From assembly GCA_013239625.1 (NCBI GenBank), contig MU054001.1:1677884-1741883 (forward strand): a stretch of 64,000 nucleotides of DNA. Direction: 5' to 3'. Of the stretch, positions 35,201 through 50,200 are shown in pieces. Within the stretch, counting starts at the first letter, position 1. The number at the start of each line of letters is the position of its first letter. Under the pieces are notes generated by a model, which saw only the letters and a program-made list of their open reading frames with translations, was not told where the DNA came from and searched no databases. Origin of the DNA: Lama guanicoe. Its lineage: Eukaryota. The position numbers and the translations under genes are program-made.

Positions 35201-38200
35201 GAATTCCAAGTAGGATAAATGTGAAGAGATCCATACCCAGACATACAGTTAAGAAAAAAAATGCTGGAGGCCAAAGAGAGAAAATCTTGAAAGCATCAAG
35301 AGAAAAGCAACTTTTTGCTTACAAGGAAACTCCAATAAAGTAACCACTAACTTCTCATTAGTAACTATGGAGGCTATGAGACAGTGAACAAAGTAAAAAC
35401 TAGGAATCCAATATCCAGAAAAGTTATCTTTCATTAGTGAAAGTGAAATAAAATCTCAGAAAAACATACAAAAAGAAAATCTACTGCTGGCAGAACCATC
35501 TTACATGAAAATACTAATGAAAGTTCCTGAAACTAAAAGTGACCCCACAGAGTAATTCAAATACCACCCTCCCCACACAAAAACCAAAATAAACAAAAAA
35601 ACAAAGAGGACTGGTAAACATAATTATGTAATTGTAAAGATAGTATAAAATGCATGTTTATTCACTTAACTAATTTTTTAAAAATTGCATAAAACTGTAT
35701 TTTTCATAATATATATGTGGGTTTTTTCATAATTAGTATATAATGAGGAAGTGGGGAAGATGTTGATCAGAGAATACGAGCTTCCAGTTATAAGACGAGT
35801 AATTTCTGGGGATCTAATATACAGCGTGATGACTACAGTTAACAAACTGTACTGTATACTTGACAGCTGCTAAGAGAGTTGATCTTAAATATCCTCACTA
35901 CCAAGAAAAAGTAGTTGGGTGATTGACATTAACTAACCTACAGTGGTAATCATAATGCAATATATACATGTATCAAACCATCACATTGTACACCTTACAC
36001 TTACACAATGTGATACATCATTTTTCAATAAAAGTGGGGCAAAAAAAAATACAGCAAGAAGAAAAATATATGTAAATGGTAAGCCCTAAAGAAACCATTA
36101 AGGAAAAAAAAGTTAAAAAGTCATTACTGAAATCAAAATGCTGCATTAGAAAGTATTCATCTAATGCAAATGAAAGCAATAGAGGACCAAAAATACATGA
36201 GACGTATATAAAAAACAAAAAGTAAAATAACAGACATAAATTCAGTTAAAACAACAATGTTAAATATGAATGGATTAAACAACACAATCAAAAGGCAGAA
36301 ATTTTTAGACTGGATGAAAATGAGATCCAACTATACTCTGTCCACAAGAGACACATTGTAGATTAAAACAGACAAAAGGATATGAAAGAAAAGGATGGGG
36401 AAGAAGATATATCATGCAAACAGCAACCCCAGGAAAGCTGGATGACTACACAAATATCACATTATTAAATAGACTTTAAAACAAAACTAAAAGTTACTAG
36501 AGACAAAAGGGACGTTTCATAATGATGAAAGCATCAATGCATCAAAAACTCTTAACAATTAAAAACACACATTCGCCTAATACCAGAGCACCAAAATGCA
36601 TGAATTAAAAACTAACAGAAATGAAAGCAGAAATAATTCAACAATAATATTTAGAGTTCAATATCGCACTTTCAATAATGGATAGATAACTAGACAGAAG
36701 ATCAAAAAGAAACAGAGGACTTTAACATCGTTAAACAACTAGGCCTTACAGATAATCTACAGAACACTCCACCCAGCAATAACAGAATACACATTCTTCT
36801 CAAGTGCACAGTGAATGTTCTCCAGGTTAGACCAAATGCTAGGCTAGAAAACAAACTTCAATAAATTTAAAAGGACTAAAGTAATACAAAGTGTAATTTT
36901 GATCACAATGGATTGAAACTAGAAATCATTAACAAATTTGGGAAACTCACAGGTACGTGGAAATTAAACAACATACCTAGCTAACAATGAGTTATATCAA
37001 AAGAGAAATGAGAAAATACTCTGCCATGAGTGAAAATGAAGACACAACATACCATAACTTATGAGATGCAGCTAAAGCAGTGCTTAAAGGGAAATTTATG
37101 GTTGTTAAATGCCTATAGTAAAAAGAAAGAAAGATTAATTACCCAACCATCCATCTTAAGACACTAAAGAGAAGAGCAAAAATTAAGCCTAAAGCAAGCA
37201 GAAAGAAGGAAGTAATAAAGATTAGAGCATCTAATAATACATGAAACCAAATGCTGGCTCTTTGACAAGATCAACAAAATAGACAAACCTTCAGCAAGAG
37301 CAACCAAGATAAAAAGGTTATCAAATTACTACTGACAAAGAATAAAAAAATGACTAAAAAAATATTTTAAACAACTGTGTGCCAACAAATTAGAAAGCCC
37401 AGAGGAAACGGACAAAATTTGAGGAAGACATACTACCAAAACAGATTCTAGAAAAAACAGACAACCTGAACAGACTCGTAACAAGAGAAAGAATTATTCA
37501 TCAATAAACTACACACAAAGAAAAGCATAGGGCCCAAAGAGCTTTACTGCTAAATTCTACCAAACATTTAAAGAAGAATTAATACCAATTCCTCACAAAC
37601 TTACAAAAAACAGAAAAAGGAACACTTCCCTAGGCATTGAGTCCAATGTTACCCTGATAACAAAACCAGAAAAAGCCATTACAAGAAAACTACAGACCAG
37701 TATCTTTTATGAACAGGACAAAATTCTTCAACAAAAGTATAGCAAACTGAGCCTAGTAACATATAAAAAGAATTGTATACCATGACCAAGTGAGATTTAC
37801 ACCAAGAATGCACGGATGGTATGTGTGAAAATTCAATTAATGTGATGCACTATATCAATAGAATAAAAAACAAAACCCACAATTATCTCAAAAGATGCAG
37901 AAAAAGCGTATCTATTTCCAACACCTTTTCATGATAAATACACTCAACAGACTAGGAATAGGAGAGAACTTCCTCAACCTGATAAAAGCATCCATGAAAA
38001 AAAAAAAAACACAGCTAATATCATACTTTACTTTTGCTTTCATTCTAAAACCAAGAACAAGGCAAGAATTTCTGCTCTCAACACTTTTCTTCAACATTAC
38101 CAGCGATCTAGTCACAGTAATTAGAAATGAAAAAAAAAATTAAAGGCATCCAGTACAAGCAAGAAGTAAAACAAATACTTCTATAAGCAGATTACATGAT

Positions 38201-41200
38201 CTTGTTCATGGAAAATCCTAAATAATCCACTCAATTAGAAGTAATAAATGAGCTTGGCAAGGTTATAGGATATAAGATAAACATAAAAATCAATTGTATT
38301 TCCATACACTTGCAATGAACACATCAAAAATGAAACAACTGCATTTATAATAGCATCAAAAAGAAAATGAATAAAGTTAACAAAAAAGTATAAAAGTTAT
38401 ACTATGAAAACTGCAAAATATTGTTGAAAGAAGTTAAAGATGACATAGATAAATGGAAAAAAATCCTACGTTCACTGATCAGAAGGTGAAATACAGTTAA
38501 GACAGCAATACTGCCCAAACTGATCTACAGAACAATCCCTATCAGAACCTGACCTGACTTCCTTGTAACACAAAGTCAGAAATGACAAGCTGATTCTAAA
38601 ATTCATAAAGAATTTCAAAAGATTTAGACTAGCCAAACAAACCAAAAGTTACCAATTTCAAAACCTGAACCATTTGTTTTTCAATGGGTAATTTTATGTT
38701 ATTACACCTCAAATTATTTTTAAAAAGTCAGTTGATGAGTGTTGAGTTAAAAAGTGTTGATGAGAATGTGGAGAAATCAGGACTCTCATACGCTACCAGT
38801 GGAAATGTAAAATGGTGCTGTGACTTTGGAAAACAGATCAGTGGTTCCTCAAATAGTTAAACACAGTTTACAATGTGACCCAGCAGTCCACTCCTAGGAA
38901 TATACAGAAGAGAAATAAAAAGATGCAACGGGGGAGGGTATAGCTCAGTGGTAGAGTCATGCTTAGCATGTACAAGGTCCTAGGTTCAATCCCCAGGACC
39001 TCTGTTAAAAACAAACAAATAAATAAATAAACCCAACTAGCCTCCTCCCCAAAAAACAAATGTCCATGCAAAAACTTGTACACAAATGTTCCCAAAGTGG
39101 AAATAATCTAAACGTCCATCAATTGATGAAAGGATAAACAAAATATATATTTATACAATGGAATACCATGTTCTAAAACTGACTATGGTGACTGTCACAT
39201 GTATTTATGAATAAACCAAAATCCACTAAGTTGTACATTTTGAACGAGTAGGTTATATGGTGGTATGTGAATTATATCTCAATAAAGCTGTTAAATGTGT
39301 TCTGAGAATAAGAAAGCAGCATCTTTACTTTTTCCTTTTATATTCCAAATGGTACTCACCTTTGCCATCACATAAATGGCACACATCAACAACTGGTCCA
39401 GATGTCTGTCCATCATAAGTTCAGGACACTGAATTATGGAGAATTCAAAACAGGTCCAGATTTTTTTCCTCAGTTCATCTGAAATATCCAGTTTAGCACA
39501 AAGATCCCGAAGGCGAACACCTGCTAAGTGGTAAACCTGGTAGATAAATAAAAGAATCTCAAACTCTGTTTATCTAACCCTATTTCCCAAGCTCTAGACC
39601 TGGTAAGGGTACATGAAAAATTACCTTTCTAAAGAAAAGTGATAAAGAACTGGTCTTCCTGGGTCTAATACTGCCGCTGGTTAAAGGCAGGCCAGGTTTC
39701 TGCTGCTGTCCACCTGGGGAAATCTGTTGAATGGCCACCTGACCAGGGACTTGCAAGGTCGTTCCTGTCACCTGTTGAGAGCTCAAACTTCCAGCCAGGG
39801 CCTGAGCACTGAGGGGCTGGATGGAGCCAGTCACAGCTTGTGCCTGCCCCCCGACATTGACTTGGACAGGGAAGAATGTTATTCCTCCATTTTCATTGGC
39901 AATGCCTAAAGTTTGTTTCAAAAAAAAAAGCACATAGAAGATGTTGATAATACAAGATTCTCCAGGCAGAGGTTTTCAGTTTCCACCGTCCCAAACCACC
40001 CCTCTCCAATCTTGTCTCATATCATCATTCCAGCCAAATCTCAGGTAACTTTCTAATAAATGCCACAGAGATGGAACTTAATATCCAACTCTGCCTTCCT
40101 TACCTTGCACAGGAATGGTCACTGTTTGTCCATTGTTGGCTGTGACAGTGGCTGTTGCCATGGTGACCAAAGTCTGTCCAGGAACTGGTGTGACAGAAAC
40201 AGCCTCCCCAGATACATTCTGCACAGGGACGGCATTGACCAGAGGCTGTGGGGGAATGCGCCCAGGTGTCCCTCCATCAGTGGGGCTATCATTCTCAACA
40301 AACAGCCTCCTCCTGGTAGAGCTGGCTGTCGGGGAGCTGTACCTATCGTATAATGTGGTTGGAGATGCTATGCCTAGGGTCAAAAATAAACCAAACAAAC
40401 GCGTTAACTCAAGGAGACAGATCTGACTTCTATCCAAGCTGTTATGTACACAACTAATTAGTGTTTGAAATACTTCATAATTTAAAAACAAAAATTATAA
40501 GAGTCACACCATAACTACTTTCATTGAATGAAAATTCAACTGAACACTATTAAGAGCAATACTTAAAGGATTTTTCTCTATTTTGTCTCACAGTGCTCCC
40601 TACTTCACTCCACCTTCTGCCAGATCAAACTGGACTTTGCTCTCCACTACCACAGAACCTTAATGATTTAGGGGCAAATTAAATAATTTTCTATTCTCTA
40701 CCACATTTACTTTCTGCCTAACACCCATGTAAGATGTGACTTCACTGTGAAGCCACTACTTGATAAGAAGACTCAATGGACCTGTTATTACTATGGTATC
40801 ATCTGGAAGCATTTCCCCCATTTTATGAATTTTTACCTTTGTCATTTTTTACATATAGAAAATTACTAAAACTCAATAATGTTCTTCGGCAAGAATGGAC
40901 ATACATGTTTTGGATTCAATTAAGCTTAGTTTATTTTTTAAAATAATTTTATTGAGATATGATTCATATATATATAAACTGTACTTAATATATATATAAT
41001 TTGTACTTAAACTGTACAATTCAATGGTTTGGGGCATATTACATTATGAGGTTTTTGTTTTACTGTAGTAAAATATATGTAAAATATAACTTGCCATTTT
41101 AACCGTTTTTAAGTATGCAATTCAGTGGCATTACATTCACAATGTGCAACCACCACCACTATCTATTTCTAAAACTTTCAACATCCCAAACAAGAAACTC

Positions 41201-44200
41201 TGTTAACCGTTATAGCTTAGTCTATTGTTAAGTATTCACACCAATGTCTGAATTTTTGAGAAGCATTCTTTTTCCTCTTCCATGTCCAGCTGTAAAAACT
41301 GCACATCAGTGAGATTTAAATATTGAAAACGTATGTTGGGAGGTCTAAGAGGACTGACAGGAGTAGTTCTGACAGACTGTGGCTTAACATTTCAATTTCC
41401 TAATGATACAAAAACAAATTTACTATATTTATATCTGGAACAAATCTGCAGTGTTAGAAAGAATACATTCTGATTATTATCTCATAAAATATTAAGAGAC
41501 CTCATGAAAATGGAGAAGTGGTAAGTACAAAAAAATGCAGTTCAAAGTCAAGTCCTAATCCATGGATTTGGGAAGGAAAAACTCTGCAGAAATAGAACTG
41601 AGAAAGACCAGCTATCAGATCTATGGGTCTGAGTGGATAAGCAGAAAAACAGTTAAGCCACTAAGTCAATATGACTCTTCTTTCAAAAATGAGGTTTTCA
41701 TATAGATCATTCATATTCATTGAGTATGCACTGAACAGAGAGTGATTCCTGATTTTAAAACTGATCTTTCTTCTACAGCCAGTGCTTATCAATTACATTA
41801 AAACACTTATCTAGAAATAAGAGTATCTTTCTATTGATATCCAAGGATTTAGAACTCTTGGGATGCAGAGAATTGCTTTTTAAAAAGTAGTTTTATCTCA
41901 AGTATGTAAACTTAAACCTTGCACCTGGCAGATGTTATAAAGAGCTGCCTAAAATGTAATCAGAAGAATAGCAAAACTTTTCTTTCCTATATTTTAGGGC
42001 CAGCAATGCTATTATATTAACTGGGGTAGCACAGCTCAACTAACAAGAGTCAAAGCTAAACATGCTCAGGCCATTCAGTCCTCTAACCTCACTGGCTCGT
42101 CTGTACCTCATTAGATCATACATTCCATCGTTAAGAAGCTTTTCTGTTCCTTCTGATTTTAAAAGTAACTCATATTCATCTTAAAAAATTTACAGAAATC
42201 ACCTGGAATTCTATTACCCAACAATAATCATTCTTAATAGTTCAGTTTTTCCATTTCAACACTTTTGTATGTATCTTTTCTATAAGATAAAAATACACTT
42301 AAAAATTAGGAATCACATTAATACAACACTCTATTTTAAAAGACACTTGTCTTACGCATTTTCCTCTGTTCTTAAACATTCATCAAAAGCATTACTTTTA
42401 AGCGATCCATGTAACACTATAATGTACACTATACCCTACTAACTTCACTTGTAGTTGTAGATGTAATTTAAATCCCCAGATACTAGGCCCCAAAACACTG
42501 CCCCTAGTATTTTAGACTTACTTCTTCCAAGTCCTCCAGTATCAGCACGAACTTCACTCACCCTTCTGGGAGTCAAAGGGGAGCCAGCAATACACATTTC
42601 ATCTGCTCTTTCCAGGTTCTGAGGGGGCATGACCTATAAAGAATTGTTTACACAGAATGTCATTATTCAAAACAGCATTTTAATTAGAAATACAATAATA
42701 ATCTAAGGAAAAAGAAAACCATCTTGGCTCATCAGTTATTCCACCAGATAAAATCAGCTGTTGTCTTTTCCACTTTCATACTGAAGTTAAAAAATTCTGG
42801 CAGGCTTAAAAAATTCAAACCTAATGACTGGATACTAAATACAAATCAATCTTCATTACTAATTTGGAGAATTAGACAATCAACCATTCTAAGGTACAGA
42901 AACTTGATTAGGAACTCAAGACAGAATATGAATACAATGTCAGTGAAACCTTGGGGCAATCACAGATTATGCCTGACTCTTGTTCCCCCATAGAACAGGG
43001 GTAATTGTACCATATCAAACCCAGCTGTTACCCTCTCATACTCATGAGGAAGATACTAAGTGTAACTGCAGTCAGTGAAAGAGAATAATGAATAGACTAG
43101 ATATTGATATACTTTTGTCACAGAAAGATGTTAAGATCTTTTCGCAAACCTCTTCGCACGTAGGAACTCTGTTTTCATTGTCTCTAATTCTGTCCCACAG
43201 TGGAGACTCTGGTTTCCATGCCAAATGATCCAAGATCTGTTCTTCGATTTGATTAAGATGTTTTACCACCTCTCTACAAAGACCATCTTCTGCTCTAATG
43301 AATACTTCTATCACCTGAAATTTTCAAAAATGCCCTGGTTTGTTTAGTAATAATAACTTTTTTACATGAAAACTGTTTAAGTGCAAAAGCAAAATGTGTA
43401 AACTTACTTAAAATTTTTTTACATATTTATAGAAACAACAAAGTCAATTTATCAAAAATTACAAATTTAAAGAACAGTACTATTTTGAAATAGCTGCTCT
43501 TCCTTTCACTATCTTTGTAAATAATCATTTACATTGCATGTATGAATTATATAAAATCTTTTGTATCATGATACATTTCTAAATTTTTTAATTAAATAAC
43601 ATGCCTGTCTATTGACACTGAAAAACATTACTCAAAGTTTCATATTTAAAAACTCTGAACATTTAATCTACACCACTGTAAAAATTAGTTTCGACTATGT
43701 ATGAGAATTAATACAAACTCATACACTAAATCAGTATTAAGAAGGAAACAATACCAGATCCAACGCTGTAACTCTGCGCCTCTACATAACATGTGGAAGA
43801 GAAGTCTAATTCTTTTTGAAAGACACTTTCATTTAATTTCCATAAAATAAAAAAAGGTTGCTATCAAGATTACCTAGTGATACGTTTGCTACTTTTCTGA
43901 AACCATCTTAGCTCATAAAATGGAAGTATTCTAAAAGCCTTTATCAGATAAAAGGAGGAATCACATGAAACTTTTTACACAGAATAGGTCTTTATACTAC
44001 ATTAAAAGAACTTATGTAGTTCTTAAGACTGTTTCTTCTCTGCTCCCCATTTAGAGAGGAAATTATTAAATGTGTAATTAAAAATAGCCAAAATGTACTT
44101 ATATAGGAAAACAAATTAGATAGCTAATGACAGAACGTTGATCTCATCTACAATTTCCTCATCAGTATCAGATTTTTAAAAATACCTTATAAAAATGATA

Positions 44201-47200
44201 AAGTGGCACATCAAATATTTCAGTAATAAATGGAAAATTCCCAGGAGGCTTATAAGAAAAAGCAACGACCTCAAGACAGCACGCCAAAAGTGATCTGTGG
44301 AATGCATCTTGTTCCAGAATGCCCTATAAAGCACAAAGTTATAACATTTAGAAACACTGGCCTACTCTAACAAGGCATTTCATACCTAGCCAAGTTAAAC
44401 AAAAATACCATGAGTCTTATTTTCTGAGTTAGTGAGAGTATGTGCTTATTTTCTTACAAAATTTTTCTTAATGTTATAAATAAGCCAATTTTTTTTTAGC
44501 AAAAAACAGAGGCTGAATATATAAGAACTTTCAAAAATCTCACCTATTGTGAATATAGCTAATAAAAAAGATTATATCCCTAACCAAAGTATACACACAC
44601 CCTGATGCTCAGAAGAATAATTATGTGGAAAGATGTTACAAAAACAGTATTTATAGTAAGAAGCCACTGTTATAAAAAGGATAGCCAGAGGAAGGCAGGT
44701 GACTGGCAGACTGTCATGGACCAAAAGTTAGTGTGTTTATCTTGGGATGACATAATCACAGATGATTTTTCTTTTTTTGCTTATTAATGTTCATAAACAT
44801 AAGTATTATTTTTCAGTTAAGAAGTTACCTGGACACAAAAATCATAGGTAACAAGAGAAAAAGCAGATAAAAATTAAAATCAAAATTAAAAACATTTGTG
44901 TATCAAAGAACACCATAATGAGATGAAAAGACAATCCACAGAATGGAAGAAAATATTTGCAAATCATGTATCTGATAAGGGATTAATATCCAGAATATAT
45001 AAAGAACTCCTACAATTTGATGACAGAAAAGCAAACAGCACAGTTCAAAAATGGGTAAAGGACTTGAAAAGATCTTTCTCCAAAGAAGATACACAAAGGG
45101 ACATCAAACACAAGAAAATATGGTCAATATCACTAGTCAAAAGGGAAGTTCAACTATTTTCTATAGACAAAACATGGAAGCAATCTAAATGTTCAACAGA
45201 TGACTAGATAAAGATGTGGTAACATATACAATGAAATACTACTCAGCCATAAAAAAGAATGAAATAATGCCATTTGCAGCAACATGGATAGACCTAGAGA
45301 TTATTATACTATGAATTAAGTCAGACAGAGAAAGACAACTATCATATGATATCACTTATATATATAATCTAAAAAACTGATACAAATTACCTTATTTGCA
45401 AAACAAAGATAGACTCACAGACACAGAAAGCTTATGGTTACCAAAGGGGAAAGGGAGGAGGCGGGGATAAATTAGGAGTATAGGATTAACAGATACATAA
45501 TACTATACATAAAATAGATAACTAGCAAGGACCTACTGTACAGCACAAGGAACAATATTCAAAACAAAATGTGGTATATATATGTATATGTGTATATGTA
45601 TATATGTAAATAAAATGAATATTATTCAGCCTTAAAAAGGAATGAAATTCTGATACATGCTACAACATGGATGAACCCTGAAAACTTCATGCTAAGTGAA
45701 ATAAGCCAGACACAAAAGAACAAAAATTGTATGATTACATGAGGTACCTAAAATAGGTAAATTCATAGAGACAGAAAGTAGAATAGAGGTTACCAGGGGC
45801 TGAAAGGAGGGCTGAATAAAGAGTCATTGTTTAATGGGAATAGACTTCCAGCTTGGGATGATGAAAAAGTTCTGAAGATGGCTAGTGATGAGCGATGCAC
45901 AAAATTGTGAATGTACTTATTAATGCCATTGAATTCTGCACTTAAAAATGCTTAAAATGTAAGTTTTATGCTATCTATATTTTATTACAATAAAAAAATT
46001 TTTAAATAAGTTTCTTAGGTGAGTATTCAGAAATTTTCATATACTCTTTTTTGCCCCTAAACTGAAGCGATGTTTTATTCACCCTTCTGTATATGTTTCA
46101 AAATTAAAAAATTGTCCTAAAACAGCCTTTTAAATTCCTACAACCACATACAGCCATATTTTTTTTATTGAAGTACAGTTGATTTACAATATTATATTAG
46201 TTCCAGGTATACAGACTAGTAACTCAGTAATTTGGCGGATTATACTCCACTATAAGTTATTACAAGACAATAGCTATAATTCCCTATGCAATACAAGATA
46301 TCCTTGTTGTTTATCTATTTTATACACAGTTTGTGTCTATTAATCCCATATTCCTAATTTGTCCCTCCCTACTTTCCTCTCCCCTTTGGCAACCACAAGT
46401 TTATTTTCTACATCTGGGAGTCTGTTTCTGTTTTACATATTTTTTTGATTCCATATGTAAGTGATATCAAATAGTATTTGTCTTTCTCTGTCTGATTCAT
46501 TTCACTAAGCATTATATTCTCTAGGTCTATTCATGTTGCTGCAAATGGCAGAATTTTGTTCTTTTTATGGCTGAGTATACAGCCATATCTTCATATAGAA
46601 AAAAAGAAGTGTAAATAGTTACAAGAAGTTAGAATAATTATTGGTCAATTTTCTCTAAAATGTTATTTAAAAATTAATTTTAAAAATTTATTTTTATTGA
46701 TGTCATTAAAAGTAAATAATATTCACAGTCTACCAAGGCAACAGAAATAAAAGCAAAAATAAACAAATGGGACCTAATTAAACTTAGAAGCTTTTGCACA
46801 GCAAGGAAACCAGTAACAAAATCAAAAGACAACCTACAGAATGGGAGAAAATATTTGCAAACCATACGAGTGATGACGGCTTAACTTCCAGAATAAACAA
46901 ACAGCTCATACAACTCAATAACAAAAAAACAAACAACCCAATCCAAAAATGGGCAGAAGACCTAAACAGACATTTCTCCAATGAAGACATACTGGCAGCC
47001 AATAGGCACATGAAAAGATGCTCAATATTGCTAATTATCAGAGAAACGCAAATTAAAACTACCATGAAGTATCACCTCATACCAGTCAGAATGGTCATCA
47101 TTAAAAAGTCCACAAACAAGGGGGGAGGGTATAGCTCAGTGGCTAAGCATGTGCTTAGCATGCACAAGGCCCTGGGTTCAATCCCCAGTACCTCCATTAA

Positions 47201-50200
47201 ATAAACAAACAAACCTAATTATCCCCCCCAAAAAACCAAAACCAAACAAAAGTCCACAAACAATAAATGCTGAAGAGGATGTGGAGAAAAGGGAACCCTC
47301 CTACACTGTTGGTGGGAATGTAATTTGGTGCAGCCATTACAGAAAACAGTATGAAGATTTCTTAAAAAACTAACAATAGATTTACCATATGATTCAGTAA
47401 TCCCTCTCCTGGGCATATACCTGGAGAAAACTCTAATTCAAAAAGATAAGATACATGTACCCCAATGTTCATAGCAGCGTTATTTACAATAGTCAAGACA
47501 TGGAAGCAACCTAAATGTCCAGCAACAGATGATTAGATAAATAAGTTGTAGTATACAGTGGAATACTACTCAGCCATAAAACGAAATGACATAATGTCAT
47601 TTGCAGCAACACGGATAGACCTAAAGATTATCATACTAAGGGAAGTAAGTCAGACAGAGAAAGACAAGAATCATATGATATCACTTATATGTGGAATCTA
47701 AAAAAATGATACAAATGACCTTATTTATAAAACAGAAATAGACTCACAGACATAGAAAACAAATTTATGGTTACCAAAGAGGAAAGAGGGGAAAGGATAA
47801 ATTAGGAGTTTGAGATTAGTGATACAAACTATTATACATAAAATAAACAAGGTCATATAGTACAGGGAACTATATTCAGTACTTTGTGATAACCTATAAT
47901 GAAAAAGAATATGAAAAGAAGATATATATGTATAAGTGAATCAGTATGCTGTACACCAGAAACTAACACAACATTGAAAACCAACTATACTTCAATAAAA
48001 ATTTTGAAAAACCAGTTTAACATAAAAAAAGTAAATACCACTTGTACAATCTAAGAAGAAGAATTATTTTTGCCAAAGATTAGTGGCTGAATATTTATGT
48101 TGAAGCCCTACATTGTCAATACTCAATTTATTCTATATAAGGCTTGAATTAAAACTCTTAATGTTATTTAAAAATCTCAATTAAGGTTAAATCTGAATGT
48201 TTTAATCCTTGACTACAGAGTCTTACTACCCACAGAAATTATAATACGTAGCCTGCTGCAATGAGAAACGCTAAGTGAGGGAATGGATGTAAGAGGAACC
48301 CAAGTTTCCTTAGATGCCAATCTTATTCCCCCAAAGTCATACATTATTTCTTCAATAATGGCTGTTTTTTTTGTTTGTTTGATTTTTAGTGTGTAGAGCT
48401 GAAAGGAAACTACATTTTGTTGTGCTGCTCAATACATTGGTTATTTACTCACAGATAAATCCATGTCTCCCAGCCTTTTTTGCTCCTGCTCAATAACAGA
48501 TTCTAATACTTTATAGTAAAGCATCTCTGCAAAACGAAAATGTTTGCTGGCAATTTCTGCATAAATAACAAAAAACACAAAAATCACATGCAAAGAAAAT
48601 AAATACTATGGAAAATGAGGGTCCATCTCACCCCCTATCCACAGAACAAAATTTAAAAACCAACCCAACATTTTATATATATGTACTTCCTACAGTTGCT
48701 CTCCCAATTACCACTAAGATTTCTTAATATTCTTCATAGGAACCCTGAGAGTTTTCTACAACTGTGAAGTGAAATTTGCACATAGAAAACTGTAATAGTA
48801 TTCCATCAAGATTCAATTTTTTTTTTTTTTTTTGTATTTTTAACAGAGCACTGTGCTAAGGGGTATGTAACTAGTTTACTGTTCTGCTTGTACTTAGTTC
48901 TCATACTGCATGACACTGAATGAGTCTGGGCATGGAACAGCTGTATCGTCTGCCTTCATTCTTAATGTTCTGAAGAATCACTATAGTTCTATACTTACTA
49001 TCCAGTCTACAAATAAAAACTAAAGATGTTGAGGAAAAAAAAGTGCCAGAAGTCCAATATAATCAAGATTATTAGTCTAAAATTTCTCTCCTACTGAGAA
49101 TGGCCCAGGAATGACTTGGTTGACAGAAAAACTGGACGTCCATATTCCAGCCCTCAGTCTAAAGTCACAAATTTTTTTTCGTATTTCTGACTCAGTTTCC
49201 CCTAGTTAAATTTCAAAGATGAAAACAATATAGACAGTATTAAGCCTTACCTTTAGCACAATTACTGAAATCCTCATCTGGCTGGGAATGTTGAGTATAT
49301 ATTTCATACATTTCTTTCAATCTGTTGGCAATAGCTTGGGTTGGATCTCTGGAACATGTCCTAAAAAAGTAAGAAGAAATTATCTGATTTAAAGAGTCAC
49401 GAAGTGATAAACTGTTTACAACTCTGTAATTTTAGTAACCTATAAATATAAAATACTTTGAACAGAAATGATACATTTCCCAATTAATCCAGGAGATCCC
49501 ACAATTCCTTATAAAAAAGGTGTTAGTACTACCATTTGAATGAAAAAAGTATCTCTTGCATGGAGCTGTACCTTTTACTGCAGTTAAGTTTAGCAGCTTT
49601 GACCGGTGCCCATCTGGTATGTGACTGATCCCCGCCTACCCTATACATCTGCAATCACTGGTGACAAACAAAACTGCCCTCAACTGTCTCCCCAGAGGGC
49701 AGTATAACTCTGATTAAGAACTCCTGGAAGAAAATAGAATGAAGGGGTATATCATCTATACTACAATAAACTCATATAAATTATTACTGGCATTCTACAT
49801 TTTTTTTCCTCCAAAATGAAGGTTATCTCTTTTTTTTTTTATCTAGAAAGGCAATATATGTTCAATGCAGAAGCATAAGACAAATTATCACCATGTAAGC
49901 TTTTGTAACAACTATGTTTTTATCTTGATCATAAACACATTCACTGTAAAAATATAGCAAGTTTAAAATATTATAAAGAAAATAAAAGTCAATTATAATT
50001 CTGCTAGAGATGGCTACTGAATATCTTATGCAAGCAGAATTTTATTTATGAACATATACACAGGTTACAAAAACAAGATACTTTGTTTTTACCCAGTATC
50101 TACTGGTAACATTTATCCCTAATATTAATATTTAAGATGAAAGAAGCTGCTATGCCTAGTTAGAGATTGTAAAGAGATCTGGAAGATACAGAGGTTAAGA

